A DNA stretch of 43,916 nt from Saprolegnia diclina VS20 (lineage: Eukaryota), in contig NW_008246133.1 in the NCBI RefSeq assembly GCF_000281045.1, positions 140,291 through 184,206 on the forward strand, written 5' to 3'. Position 1 is the stretch's first letter, and the number at the start of each line of letters is the position of its first letter. Positions 12,283 through 23,124 of the stretch are shown piece after piece. A model generated the notes under the pieces. That model was not told the DNA's origin and ran no database searches. It saw nothing but the letters and a program-made list of their open reading frames with translations. The translations under genes were made by a program, and so were the position numbers.

Positions 12283-12613
12283 GGTAGCACAGGTGGTCGT
12301 ACGTCGCGCCGTTGGACCCGCAGACAGGTGCAACTTGATTGGGCTTGCACTTGGCGAGCTTGGACAAGCACGACAGGTCGCATGCTTTGGCCGTGCTCGC
12401 AAAGCACTGCACCTTGCGGTTCTTGCACTTGGCGGCGAGGCAGTCGCACTGGTTGCTGAACGAGACGTCGTACGCAGTCGTAGAGTCAGAGAGGGCGCAA
12501 TACACCACTTTTTTGGAAGATGTACAATTGGCCGCACAGGTGCCTTCTTGTACTAGCCCCAAGCTCGAGACAATGACGGGCAGTGTCAGCAGCGCGACAA
12601 TGAGACGATGCAT
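12283..12613 (-). CDS. Secreted Kazal-type protease inhibitor, 5' part only; the rest lies in the gap
   Basis: Signal peptide MHRLIVALLTLPVIVSS, then ...CKPNQVAPVCGSNGATYDHLCY. It is collinear with the Kazal gene at 1-632. Confidence 0.88.
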
Positions 12614-13403
12614 GGTGGGGAAAAATCAAAAGTAATTGTTTCGAACCGAGCGCGGCTTGTGGCGGTTTGACGTTGAGAAGGACCACGTGCAAGAATAGGA
12701 TCCGTCGAAGATATATTTATTTCTAACGCACGTTAACCAATAGAAACGCAGTGGCACGTCGCTGTTAACGCCCAACATCCGCTTTTTCGACGCTCGGGTG
12801 TTTGCTCGGGTGGTCCTAAATGATCGTTCGCAGCAGCGCCGATGTGCTCATACACCTTGCAAGGACCGCGGCGTCGTGGGGCGCACCCGGAGCCTCCGCA
12901 TGAAAGACTGCGTGGACAAGAAAAGTCCGCACCGATGCCTGGGCAATCGTAGCTCGGTGAGCGGGCGAAAGCGGGCGAAGAAGAAGATGGCTAGTTGCAA
13001 GAGCAAGGTCGTTTCTGCAAGGTCAGTTTTTGGAACACGAACGCCAAAACGCAATTTTCGTTTTACATGGCGAAAGGACCACCGCGCCCATCAATGCGAG
13101 GGTACGACTGCCAACGCCAAAAATGAGAGCGTCAAATGCCGTTCTCGAGTTTGTGAGGGCGCAATGCATTAGAGATCGGTCCAAAATATGGGTATTTCGC
13201 GCCTGCAAGGAGTCGAAACGGACTGTTCAAGAGAAGGCGGCTCAGCGAAACCAACGACTGGTGGTCAGAGCCAAGCATTCTAGTTTCCGATCTCCGCTAA
13301 GCAACCCGCCACGCCTCACCCGAGGTGCAGCGGTAATGCAGGCCTCGCGCCCTTTATCCCCCTGAGCGAAGAAGCCATGTGAAAATGTGCGGCGACAGGA
13401 TTT

Positions 13404-13520
13404 CTATATTTGAAGCCAGTGATGTGCACTGTCTTGGTACACCCTGGTCGCCGCTTGAAGCCCCTCGCTCAAGACAGCGACTGGGAGTGTCAGTAGCATG
13501 ATCATAAGGCGCTTGAATCC
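13404..13520 (-). pseudogene. Possible relic of a Kazal gene 5' end (signal peptide)
   Basis: Reads FKRLMIMLLTLPVAVLSEGLQ, resembling MHRLIVALLTLPVIVSSLGLVQ of the 12613 gene. There is no ATG at the homologous position and it ends in a stop. Confidence 0.45.
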
Positions 13521-13613
13521 AAACGTGATGTATGGATCGACCGATAGATAGACAATATACATGCAAAGGACTGTGTACTCGAGGTGCATGCTACAAGGAT
13601 TCCACTGCACTAC

Positions 13614-15833
13614 TCAAATGAGGCGTTGCTGCTGCTGCTTCATGCACTCGACCAAGAAGGCGAGCTTTGCGTCCATCTCTTGCATCTTGGCATCGGCGCT
13701 CTGGCCGCTTGGCGCCACCGCGCGATCCAAAGCCGCGGTGATCTGGTTGACGCCGCGTACCGGCTCCTCGACGTCCACGGACGCTGCGTAGTGCTTGAGC
13801 TTGGAGATGAGCCGCTCGGCGCGGGGCTCGGTAATGTTGATCCCGAGCGCGACGTCCTTGGTCGTCCACACAGTGTGCGACTCGATCTCCATGCGGTTGG
13901 TGAGCTTCTTGAAGAGGTCCGGGCGCCGCAAAATGTAAATCTTAATCACATCCCGCATGACAAGGAAGAACTCGTCCACAAACGAGCGCTTGCTACAAGA
14001 AAACATGAGCAATGCATCTCGGAAATCGATGATGCCATACCCGAGGTTAATGTCAACAATCTCTTGGTGGGACGTGATGACAACCGCGAGCATGATGTTG
14101 ACCAGCACGAGCGTCACGATTGACTGACTGACCCAAAACCACACGACCGCGAGGTCGTTGACGTCCTTGATGAGGTCGTAGCTGTAGCCGCCAAAGAGCA
14201 TGTTGATGCACGTCACCATCGACTTGTCGAGGCGGCTGAATTCTTCGAGCTGCGGACCAAAGAGGAGGCACCCGGACGTCGCGAGCGCCATGACCACCAA
14301 GAGGAAGATGAAGAGGAACGACCCGAGGCGCTTCACACTCGACACGATCGTGTTGGTCAAGACGTTCATGGTCGGGTGAAACTGAAACGCTGCGAGCACA
14401 CTATACAAAACACAAGATAAGACAATCATCTCCACAAATCAAAAAATGAAAAAAACGTACTGGACCACGAGCTGGAGGCACGCAATGATCGATACAATGT
14501 ACACAAAGTCGATCGCGCCGCCAAACGAGTCGATGATGTCCGACACGTTCGGCTGCGTGCTGTTGCCCATGTAGTCGCGCTGGTTGTATTGACCGGGCGC
14601 CGTCGTCACGTTGGCCGTCTCGGGGAGCTTGTACAAGTCAGTGTAAAAGTTGTCGAGCGCTTGGATTTGGCCGTCGAGATCCGAGTTGAAGAACTTGTTG
14701 CAAACTTGGATCCACGCAGCGTAGTACAAGACGACAATGACGATCGAGCACCACTCGATAAAGGTCGTGCCAATGTCGCAGGACCACGGGTCCTTGCCGC
14801 GGAACTGACGAGCAAGCATCCAGAGCCGGCGGCCGAGCACTTGGAGAACGAGAAGCCCGACGATCGCGTCCATGACGATGTTGATGTGCGACGTCGAGTA
14901 CGGGTTGGTTGGAATGCTCTGCACTTTGTACGTGGGGCTGCAAGCGCCGCCTTCTTCGACTTCGACTTTGAACACTTGGTACGTAAAGAGGTCGAGCTGG
15001 CCGTTGTACGTCGTGATCTTGACCAAGACCTCCTTTGTCGTCGGCGAGAGGTAGTAGCCACCTTTGGTGCCTTCGACTTGCCAGCGCTTGAAGCGATCGT
15101 ACGGCTTTAGGTTGCTGATCGGAATGTACATTGTGTACCACGGAAAGCGGCGCAGGTTGCGCTCCCGAAGGTTTTCGACCGGTCCATCGATCGGTGAGTC
15201 CAGCTCAAAGTCAACGCACGGCCCGTAATGGTTTTTGAGGTCACTTGAGCTCTGGCACGCGGTCTTGGGCATGTTGAAGACCGAAACGTCGACCGCACCA
15301 ACGAGCTGGTTGTACGAGCTAATGCGACCCGCCACAATCGTGCCTAATGCATCGCGTCAACTCAGTTTTGTGCGAGTTTTGTGCTCGGTACCGTTGATGG
15401 TCACATTCTGAAAGACGGACGGCAGCACCGAGTTGTTGATCCACTTGGGAATGTCGTCGAGGGCCCGGATTTTCATAAAGCTCACAACGGTCTTGGACGG
15501 CACGACGTCCTATGCCATGGACGATGAGCGTTTCATGCTGTAGACTGGACGTTTCATCAAATGGATGGCTACCGCTGCTTTCGGGTTGAGCTCCGTCGCC
15601 ACGCCGTGGTCGGCCATGTACACTTGGTGGATCGGCGTGTGCGTCAGCACCATCGCGATGAACGCAAAGAAGAGGAGGAGCGGTCCCGGCAGCGTCATGA
15701 AATGCCGGCGGAGCTGCTTCCGGGCCTTGAGCGCGACATGGATCGTCTCAGTTGGGATCGTCGCCGTCGGCGGCGGCGCCATCTCGAGCCCGTACGCATC
15801 TGGGCTCGCAACGTCAAAGTACTCGGCCTTCAT
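13614..15833 (-). CDS. Polycystin/PKD2-like cation channel, paralog B; 5 exons, about 666 aa
   Basis: Introns at 15510-15572, 15344-15391, 14401-14460 and 13993-14040 give a continuous 2001-nt frame collinear with paralog A. Confidence 0.82.
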
Positions 15834-17560
15834 GCTCCTGACCGCAAATGTAAAAGTGTGTTCATTGCCCTGCACCTTCCAAATCGAACGGCAACTGGTT
15901 AGTACAACCGGGCACAGCGACCGCCAATCCTCCGCCAGCCTACCTCTTCTATTTGATTCTCAGTTCAACAACGACATGGCTGCCGGGGGTTGTGTTGGGT
16001 ATCTTTAGAGTGGCACCCTTCCGTTTGGACCTTCGTGCGTGCTGATCCTGCAGCAGGGAGATGAATGCGAGACCATCCCCTTGGGACTCACGAGCTCGAT
16101 GCAAGCTTGTGCTGACACCTTGGTACGCCTGAAACGACCCAAGATTGTACATTTTTGTCGTCCGAGGGTCCTTCCCACCGTGGGGTTGCGTATGAGTTGT
16201 TGTTCCAACACATGCCCCACGAGCCTTCCATAGCGGGTGCACAGCAACTCGTTGTGCTTGTCGAGACGCGTCGCAAGATTCTATCGCAATCCGACCAAGA
16301 GGAAAATCATTCTCTAATATACGCATCAGAGAGCACAAGCTTCCCAACAGTAGCACTCGGACCTCGTCTCTTCAACGACTATCAGCCTCAAGATTGAATG
16401 CCCGAAACACACGAGTGGTAGCGTCGACCAAACCTTGCCATTGAAAGCTCTACTTCAAGCATTGAAACCAACCCTTTTACTACGATCGCACGCATTCAAC
16501 CCGACCAAACGCTTGAAAGAATGGCACAACCCGCTCAAAAGCGGAGGAACAACCCATGGAACAACCAGCACTCGATCGAATTGAAAAATCTGTCGGAAGT
16601 TATATTTATATGGACTGGACCCAGCAACAAACCGGCACGAGCCCACCATCGCGCTGCGTTTCTCTGGGGACTTTTGTGGTGCACAGGGCGTTTTGGCCAC
16701 AGAAAAAGCCACGAGTCGCCTCCTCGCAATGAATGGGGTATGTGGTTGAGGGCACAAATACGCCGACGGAAATTCCTTGGACCAGACTAGCATCCAGGTC
16801 ATACCCATGGTTTTCTCTCATGCAGCCAGCTGCGGTTCCCTGAGAATTTTCCAAAGTAGCTCTACGACTCGTGAGCAATCAATCGTCCCATGCTACAACT
16901 CGGACACTAGGTTGTGGACCGGGTTGTGGTCCTCAGGTCGGTCGGTTTACCCATTTTGGCTACTCTTCTGGTTGCAGCGCAATGTTGCAGACAGGGCACT
17001 GGGAAACAAACTCCAGTCCCCGCCCAACTACAGTACAGCGCAGTATCGATGTTCTAGTATAATGTCCTTCATTACGACCGATCTACTTGAGGCAACAACT
17101 GTGTGTTGGTGTATCCGCCATGCCAGCGGTGGGCGAGGCGGGTTGGCGTGTTGACAGACACGACAAATTTGGGCTGGGCTCGAGCTCGCTTGCTCTGCGC
17201 TTCGATCTTAGTCCCGTGTGTTCTACATGAAGTCTTCTGGATCGTTTGGCCTACGACCTCTTTATGAAAACAGCCCTTGCGAGGTGTGCGATGAATCGAG
17301 GGTCGCTTGCCGAGAGGCGATGACCAAGGATGCTCATGCTGCAGCATATAGTCGTTCATGGGGACAGCGGTAGTCGCACAAAAGAAGACAACTTGTCGAA
17401 CCTTGCGACGACTAGAAGTATAGCTCCGAACGCTAGCATCTCTGCAGGCAGACTACCATGGCTTTGCCCAGGCGCTGTGGCGGGAAAGTTTGGCCGACCA
17501 TCCCTTTTCCGGACAACATTATCCGGATATCGCACGTCACACTTTGTTGCTTGCGTCGAC

Positions 17561-19440
17561 ATGACCAGCGCGGCCGAGATCGAAGCGCTGCAGGTGCTCC
17601 TCGCCAAGGAGCTCTACCTCGAGCACGTACGCTTGCGCCTGCTGCTGCGACGCATCAACCACGGTCTTTGCATTAGGCGAGTCCGCTCTATGTTTCGTGC
17701 ACGGAAGGTGACATCGAGAAGGTCACGTCGCTCCTGGCCGACGCTGCCACCGACGTCACGTGGCGCACGCCCGACGAGGGCTGGACGCCGCTGCACATGG
17801 CGTCGGCCATGGGCTACGACGACATTGTCGCGCTGCTACTGCGCCACGGCGTCGCCGCCGACGCGCTGGGCCACGTACGACTCGTCCTGACGCTTTCGCC
17901 GTCACGAGATGGCCATTCTGTAGGACGACGTGACGCCGCTCATGGCCGCGTCGATCCAAGGCCAGCTCTCGACGCTGCAGCTGCTCGTCAACCAGGGCCA
18001 TGCCAATGTCAACGCCGTGACGACGGTTCATCCTCGGTATCGATCGACGCGCGTCATGCGAGCGATGTAGGATGGCACGTCGGCGCTGCATGGCGCCGTG
18101 CACAACCACCACTTGGGCTGCGTCGAGGCGCTGCTGGGCTTTGGCGCCGACGTCAACGCGGTCGACGCGCAGGGTATTTCCGCCCTCGAGATCGCGTCGT
18201 CGGCCGGCGACCTCGAGATGATCGAGGTGTTTGCGACCAAGGCGAGCGCGCCACTCAAGTTGCAAATGACCGCTGCCGTATGCTACATCGCCGTGCCTTC
18301 TGTGTACAAGTTGTCTATGTAGGATGGGACGACTGCGCTCCACGCCGCAGCGCTGCATGGACACATTGACATTGTGCAGTGGCTCATCTCGCACGGTTGT
18401 CCCAGCGACGCGCCCAACGACGTACGACGTCGTTATCGTCGTCATATCCGTTCTTATTCCATATGACTAGATGGGCCTCACGCCGCTGTACCTGGCGGCG
18501 CAAGAAGGTTTCGATGCGATCGTGCAGCTCCTATTGAACGAAAAGGCCAACGCCAACGCCGTCTCGAATGTCGTAGGTCCCACGACTCTTCGTTTCGTAT
18601 CGACAACTTGTCCTTTTTGCGTAGGACGGGTTCACCCCGATCATGATTGCCGCCCAGATGGGCCACGTCGGCGTCGTCGAGCTCCTTCACGCGCGCGGCG
18701 CCCATCTCACATACCATACGCCGGTATACACTCCTGTCGCCCACTCTGTGGACCCAAGAAACGACGCCGTATGCGCTAGGATGGCTGGGATGCCTTGTAC
18801 GTAGCTGTGCAGAACGGCCACGCGTCGGTCCTCGCCTTCTTGGTCACGCACGGCGCCAACGTCCACGCCACCTACAATGTACAAATTGTCCTAAATTTGG
18901 TCGACAAACACAGAGCACTTAGAATGGCATTACGTTGCTGTACACGGCTGCGCAAGAAGGCCACGTCGAGTGCGCTACGTACCTGTTGGACCACGCCAAG
19001 GTCCCGGTCGACGCGCCGCAAGCGGTACGCATGTTTGCGGACCAAATGGTGGACAACTTGTCGGCTATGCCGTGTAGATGGGCTGGACGCCGCTGCACAT
19101 TGCTGTGCTCCACCACAAGATGGATATTGCGCAGACCCTTCTCTCGCACGGCGCCAACGTCAACGCTGTCGAGAATGAGGTACTCACTTGAACCTTTGGC
19201 AGCGCGTGCCAGCCGCATCATGGCTAGATGGGCGGCACGCCGCTGCATGTCGCCGCTGAAATGGGCAACCTCGAGATGGTCCAGTTGCTTCTCTCGCACG
19301 GCGCGAGCACCGCGGCCAAGCTCAAGGTAGCGATACCACCGAAAAGCAATACCACAATACACGGCTAGGACGGGTCGACGCCGCTCGAGACAGCCAAGAA
19401 CACGGGCAACGAAGCGGTGCTTGGCCCTTTGCTGGCGTAG
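17561..19440 (+). CDS. Ankyrin-repeat protein with about 13 repeats; 12 exons, about 447 aa
   Basis: Introns at 17627-17676, 17875-17923, 18026-18070, 18278-18322, 18422-18470, 18570-18624, 18724-18779, 18879-18922, 19025-19077, 19180-19227 and 19327-19368. The spliced product has repeated G-x-TPLH/Y-x-AA...G...V..LL..GA.VN units. Confidence 0.92.
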
Positions 19441-19476
19441 GCAGCATAGCTCCATTTTTGCATAACTTTGTGGAAG

Positions 19477-20688
19477 CTATGTCTGTTGAAAATGCCGGCG
19501 CACGTCGTGGCAATGCGTATCAAAGTGACGCAGTGGCGTGCCGAGCTGGTTCCTACGGCAGCAGTCGACAGTCGAGTCAAGCAGCCATCCGAGATGCATA
19601 CATAAGGTCTTTGGCCCGCTCGGCGCTCGGCGGGTGCGTTGAAAAGTACTTGAGCGACTTTGGCGCGTCCATTTTGGCCCAATCGGCAAAAATCTATCAA
19701 TGTATCAACTCGGAAGACGAGACGCGTCCCCGGTTGTACCGCCGGGCTCGCGCGCGGATCGTAGCAGGCTTTGGCCATGAGCTCAAGCCCGATCGCGTCG
19801 GCTTCCGACTCGTGCGCACGCGACTTTGGCAGGTTCACCCCCAGTGCGAACGCCTAGTACATGTTATACTGGCACGTAAACCGCTGCCAGTCGACGCCCA
19901 TCCGTACCGAAGATGCAAGCGTGCTCGCTTCCGGAGACAGAAAGAGTAGAAAGAGAGAGAAGAGGTTGCCCACCGAGAGCTGCTCGGCGCTGTGACCTAA
20001 GACACAGGCGATGCTACAAGCCAGGAACGTACTAGTAGGCAAAAGGCGTACGTGCGAGCGCGTGCGCGACTTCATGGCTTAGCACGGCCGCGAGGCTGTC
20101 TTGGTTGCGCAGTAGCTAGAGAGCAAATGAGCAATATGGCTTCTTGCGCTTCAGGGCGACCTTGAAGAGCCCCGTGTACACGCAAATCTTGCCACCGGGA
20201 AGACAAAACGCATTGGGCTCGGGCGACTCGATCACGACAAAGTCCCACTTGAAGTCGGGTCGCTTGGACGCAGCTGCGATGCGCTCGCCCACGGCGCGCA
20301 CCATCTTGGCCCGCTACAAAGCCAGGCGGTGACGCATCCGGTCGGACCGCCTCGAGGGCGTACCGGGTCGCTTGGCGGCACGATCGCATCCCTGTTGTCG
20401 CGAAGGATCTCGCGAAAGCTCATTTCGCCCAAGCGCCGCTCGGCCTCTAAACGAGCTCAAGGTTAATGCGTCCATGCGAGCGCTTCTGGCGGCGTACGTG
20501 GGGTCATGAGCATGAGGCGCCGGCGGCCTGTCTCGGGCACCGTCTCCACATGCGAGTAGATGTAGCCTAGCGCAGACGTCGATGATAACGATGCCATAGA
20601 TTGAGAGGGCGGACGCACCACCAAAGGCTGCGGTCGCGAGCGCGCCGGCGGCAGCGCTTGCGCGGACGTACAGCGGAAGCGACGCCAT
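19477..20688 (-). CDS. OMA1: Peptidase M48, Oma1-like zinc metalloprotease; 9 exons
   Basis: The spliced product contains ETVPETGRRRL, PNAFCLPGGKICVYTGL, AAVLSHEVAHALARH (HExxH), SRAHESEADAIG..LMAKACYDP and YFSTHP..R. Confidence 0.88.
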
Positions 20689-20853
20689 CGTCGCAGAAAA
20701 TCACGCCCAATTCGGCACACGGGCGGATTCGGCATCGTGTGCCGAATCTAATAACACGCACCCTAACACCAAACACAGCGGTTGCTCCAGGGTGGATATA
20801 ATTGCAAACTCGATGGATGTGTCGTCATTTTGCACTAGTCTAATACCCTTTAG

Positions 20854-22800
20854 CTAATTGAATTGACGAGCCATACCGCCAAAGCGATAGCTACCATCGT
20901 AGGTGCTGGGACGGCACGCCGGATCGGTGGCGACGACTGTGCAGTACGGCGTCCCGCTCATGTACACATTGGTCGACCGACCAAACGCTGTGGGCGACCA
21001 CGCCGCAACGCTCGTGTTTTCCAAAAACAAGTCCAGCATCCATCCCAGATGCGCTTGGTTCACATCGTCGGGAATATTTCTCAAATGTGGATTTTGCGCC
21101 AGATTCAGAGTTGTGAGACCGTTCAGAGCCCCCAGCGTTCGTGCTGGCAGCTCCGAGATGTTGTTGCCAAAGAGAGAGAGGCCGCCGAGCAGCGTGAGCT
21201 TGTGAAAAGACGCGGGCACGGTGCGCAATTGGCCTTGCTCGATCAAGAGCGAGTTGAGGTTGGTCCAAGCAGCGACCGTCACTTCGTCAATCTCGGTGAT
21301 CCCCGAAACAATAATCTCGACATCGGTCAGCGTCGGCGGCAAGTATTTGTGGGCGATGGCCCGGGGCACGGCCGACACGTTGGTATACACGAGTACGATA
21401 TAACTCAGCGATGTAAAGACGTCGGCCATGATGGGATTTGGCCACTCGACGATGGTCGAATTGTAGATTTCAAAGCCAAAGAGTTGCGGAAACCGCGCTA
21501 AATTCGGCACCTCAAGGTCCGGGCAATGCGCTATGATCAACAACTGCAACGTACTGGGGTGCAAGGCGCTCAACGCCGCCGGCACAGCTGCCTGGGAAAT
21601 GCCCCGCGCCGCACAGTTAACGACTTGAACGACACAGCGACACTCCACCGTGAACCACGGGTTCACAGCGGCGAGGCAGCCAGGAGTGCATGGCGTGCGG
21701 AGTCCATTCCAGGACGAGTAGATGATGGATAGGGCGACGACAGTCGTGCCCCACGTGAGGCTTACGATGCGACTGACGGCGATCGTATAGCGCAGAAGTG
21801 CGACACCATGAAACCGGTTTCGTTTGCGGGGGGGCATCGGGGGGCGACTGGGGGGCGCGACGTAGCGAAGTCGACTGTCGTAGGCCATGCACAGCGTATA
21901 CTCGACGTCCCGCAGGCTCCACCAGACACAAAGGCATGGCAACAGCCGTGTGATCGTCTCGGCCCCCGAGATGAGAAACAATTTTCGACCCATGAGAATC
22001 GCATTGTAAAACCACACGTCGTCGGACAGCACATCGTTCTTGTCTTGAATTGAGAGCATAAAGTACCGTATATAGGGACTGACACCAATCCACGGCAGGA
22101 GACAGACAAGGATCATGGTCAGTAGCGCGGGCACGAGCGCCGCTGCCGTGCGCTCGACGACGCGCGGTAGCTTGGCGAGAAAGAGCAGCGGTGTGAGCAT
22201 CCCGCTGAGACCAATGCACATGGCGTACGCCAATATGAGCCCCGACGAAGTCGACTGTTTCGACATCGCGACGACCTCCAACGACTGCGACGCCAGCGAC
22301 AAAGTACGCTGCACTTCATAGCGCCACGCAAAGAGCTCGCCCTGGCTGCCAAAGTGGGCCACGTACGTTGTCCAGAGCTCACCGAGGCGGCGAAAGCAAA
22401 GGCTCATCGAGAGAGCGCCGTCATCTGCCCGGCGCTTGCCCGAATCGCGCTCCAGTGTGAGGCGTTCGATGCGTTTCTCCAGTTGCCGGTAGCGAACCAT
22501 GGACACGAGGCCTTCGCAAAAAAGCAATCCGACGAGAATGCAGGCCACCATCGAGGCCGTGAGGTCGGGCGGGAGGCCCAGCGTCCGCCGCTCGTAGCTG
22601 AACAAGTCCGACGTAATGTAGCGGTGGCAGTAGGCGAGGAAAAAGAGGTGCGCCGCAAACAGCGCGTGCAGCAATGCGACCAAGAGCCAGAGCCAGAAGA
22701 AGGTGCGCGCCGACAACCGGTGCTCAGTCGCCCGCCACGTCTTGACCTTCTCAAAGCGCACCGAGAGGACCCGTGCCAAGAGCGGCCGCAGTGTGCGCAT
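20854..22800 (-). CDS. Multi-pass membrane protein with a Cys-capped C-terminal leucine-rich repeat domain (oomycete-type TM-LRR); intronless, start uncertain
   Basis: Long uninterrupted ORF whose first in-frame ATG is at 22800 (the frame is open to about 22980). It has several hydrophobic helices, a C..GC...PWF...CRC cap, and LRRs (LGGLSLFGNNISELP, LTTLNLAQNPHLRNIP). Confidence 0.82.
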   Translation of the reverse strand: MRTLRPLLARVLSVRFEKVKTWRATEHRLSARTFFWLWLLVALLHALFAAHLFFLAYCHRYITSDLFSYERRTLGLPPDLTASMVACILVGLLFCEGLVSMVRYRQLEKRIERLTLERDSGKRRADDGALSMSLCFRRLGELWTTYVAHFGSQGELFAWRYEVQRTLSLASQSLEVVAMSKQSTSSGLILAYAMCIGLSGMLTPLLFLAKLPRVVERTAAALVPALLTMILVCLLPWIGVSPYIRYFMLSIQDKNDVLSDDVWFYNAILMGRKLFLISGAETITRLLPCLCVWWSLRDVEYTLCMAYDSRLRYVAPPSRPPMPPRKRNRFHGVALLRYTIAVSRIVSLTWGTTVVALSIIYSSWNGLRTPCTPGCLAAVNPWFTVECRCVVQVVNCAARGISQAAVPAALSALHPSTLQLLIIAHCPDLEVPNLARFPQLFGFEIYNSTIVEWPNPIMADVFTSLSYIVLVYTNVSAVPRAIAHKYLPPTLTDVEIIVSGITEIDEVTVAAWTNLNSLLIEQGQLRTVPASFHKLTLLGGLSLFGNNISELPARTLGALNGLTTLNLAQNPHLRNIPDDVNQAHLGWMLDLFLENTSVAAWSPTAFGRSTNVYMSGTPYCTVVATDPACRPSTYDGSYRFGGMARQFN

Positions 22801-23124
22801 CGGTTGCACCCCGACGTGTACTTGGATAAACGAATGGCTCTTAAATGCACCGCCTGTCTGATAAGAGGCGTCTATATCCAGGGGAGCGTTTCGCAACGGC
22901 TTCTTTGGCGCCTCATCGCATGCGTAGATGGATTGCCAACCCAGGCTACTTGGTTGCTCGAGTTGGTGGATCGTTATCGCTTACTAGTACTCGGTGGACT
23001 ATCGCGTCGTACACGGTCTGCCTTTGTTCTCGACGCTGCCAACGTCTTGGAAGCCAAAACGTTTACTTTATGTACAGACGACAAAGGAATATACTAGTAC
23101 ACGTTTGCCAACCTAGTGTTGCGA

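Noticed and set aside
11517..12449. Apparent Kazal-channel fusion ORF across the gap
   Set aside because: The parts are joined only through a 100-N placeholder of unknown size, and the pre-gap part is not in the Kazal frame.
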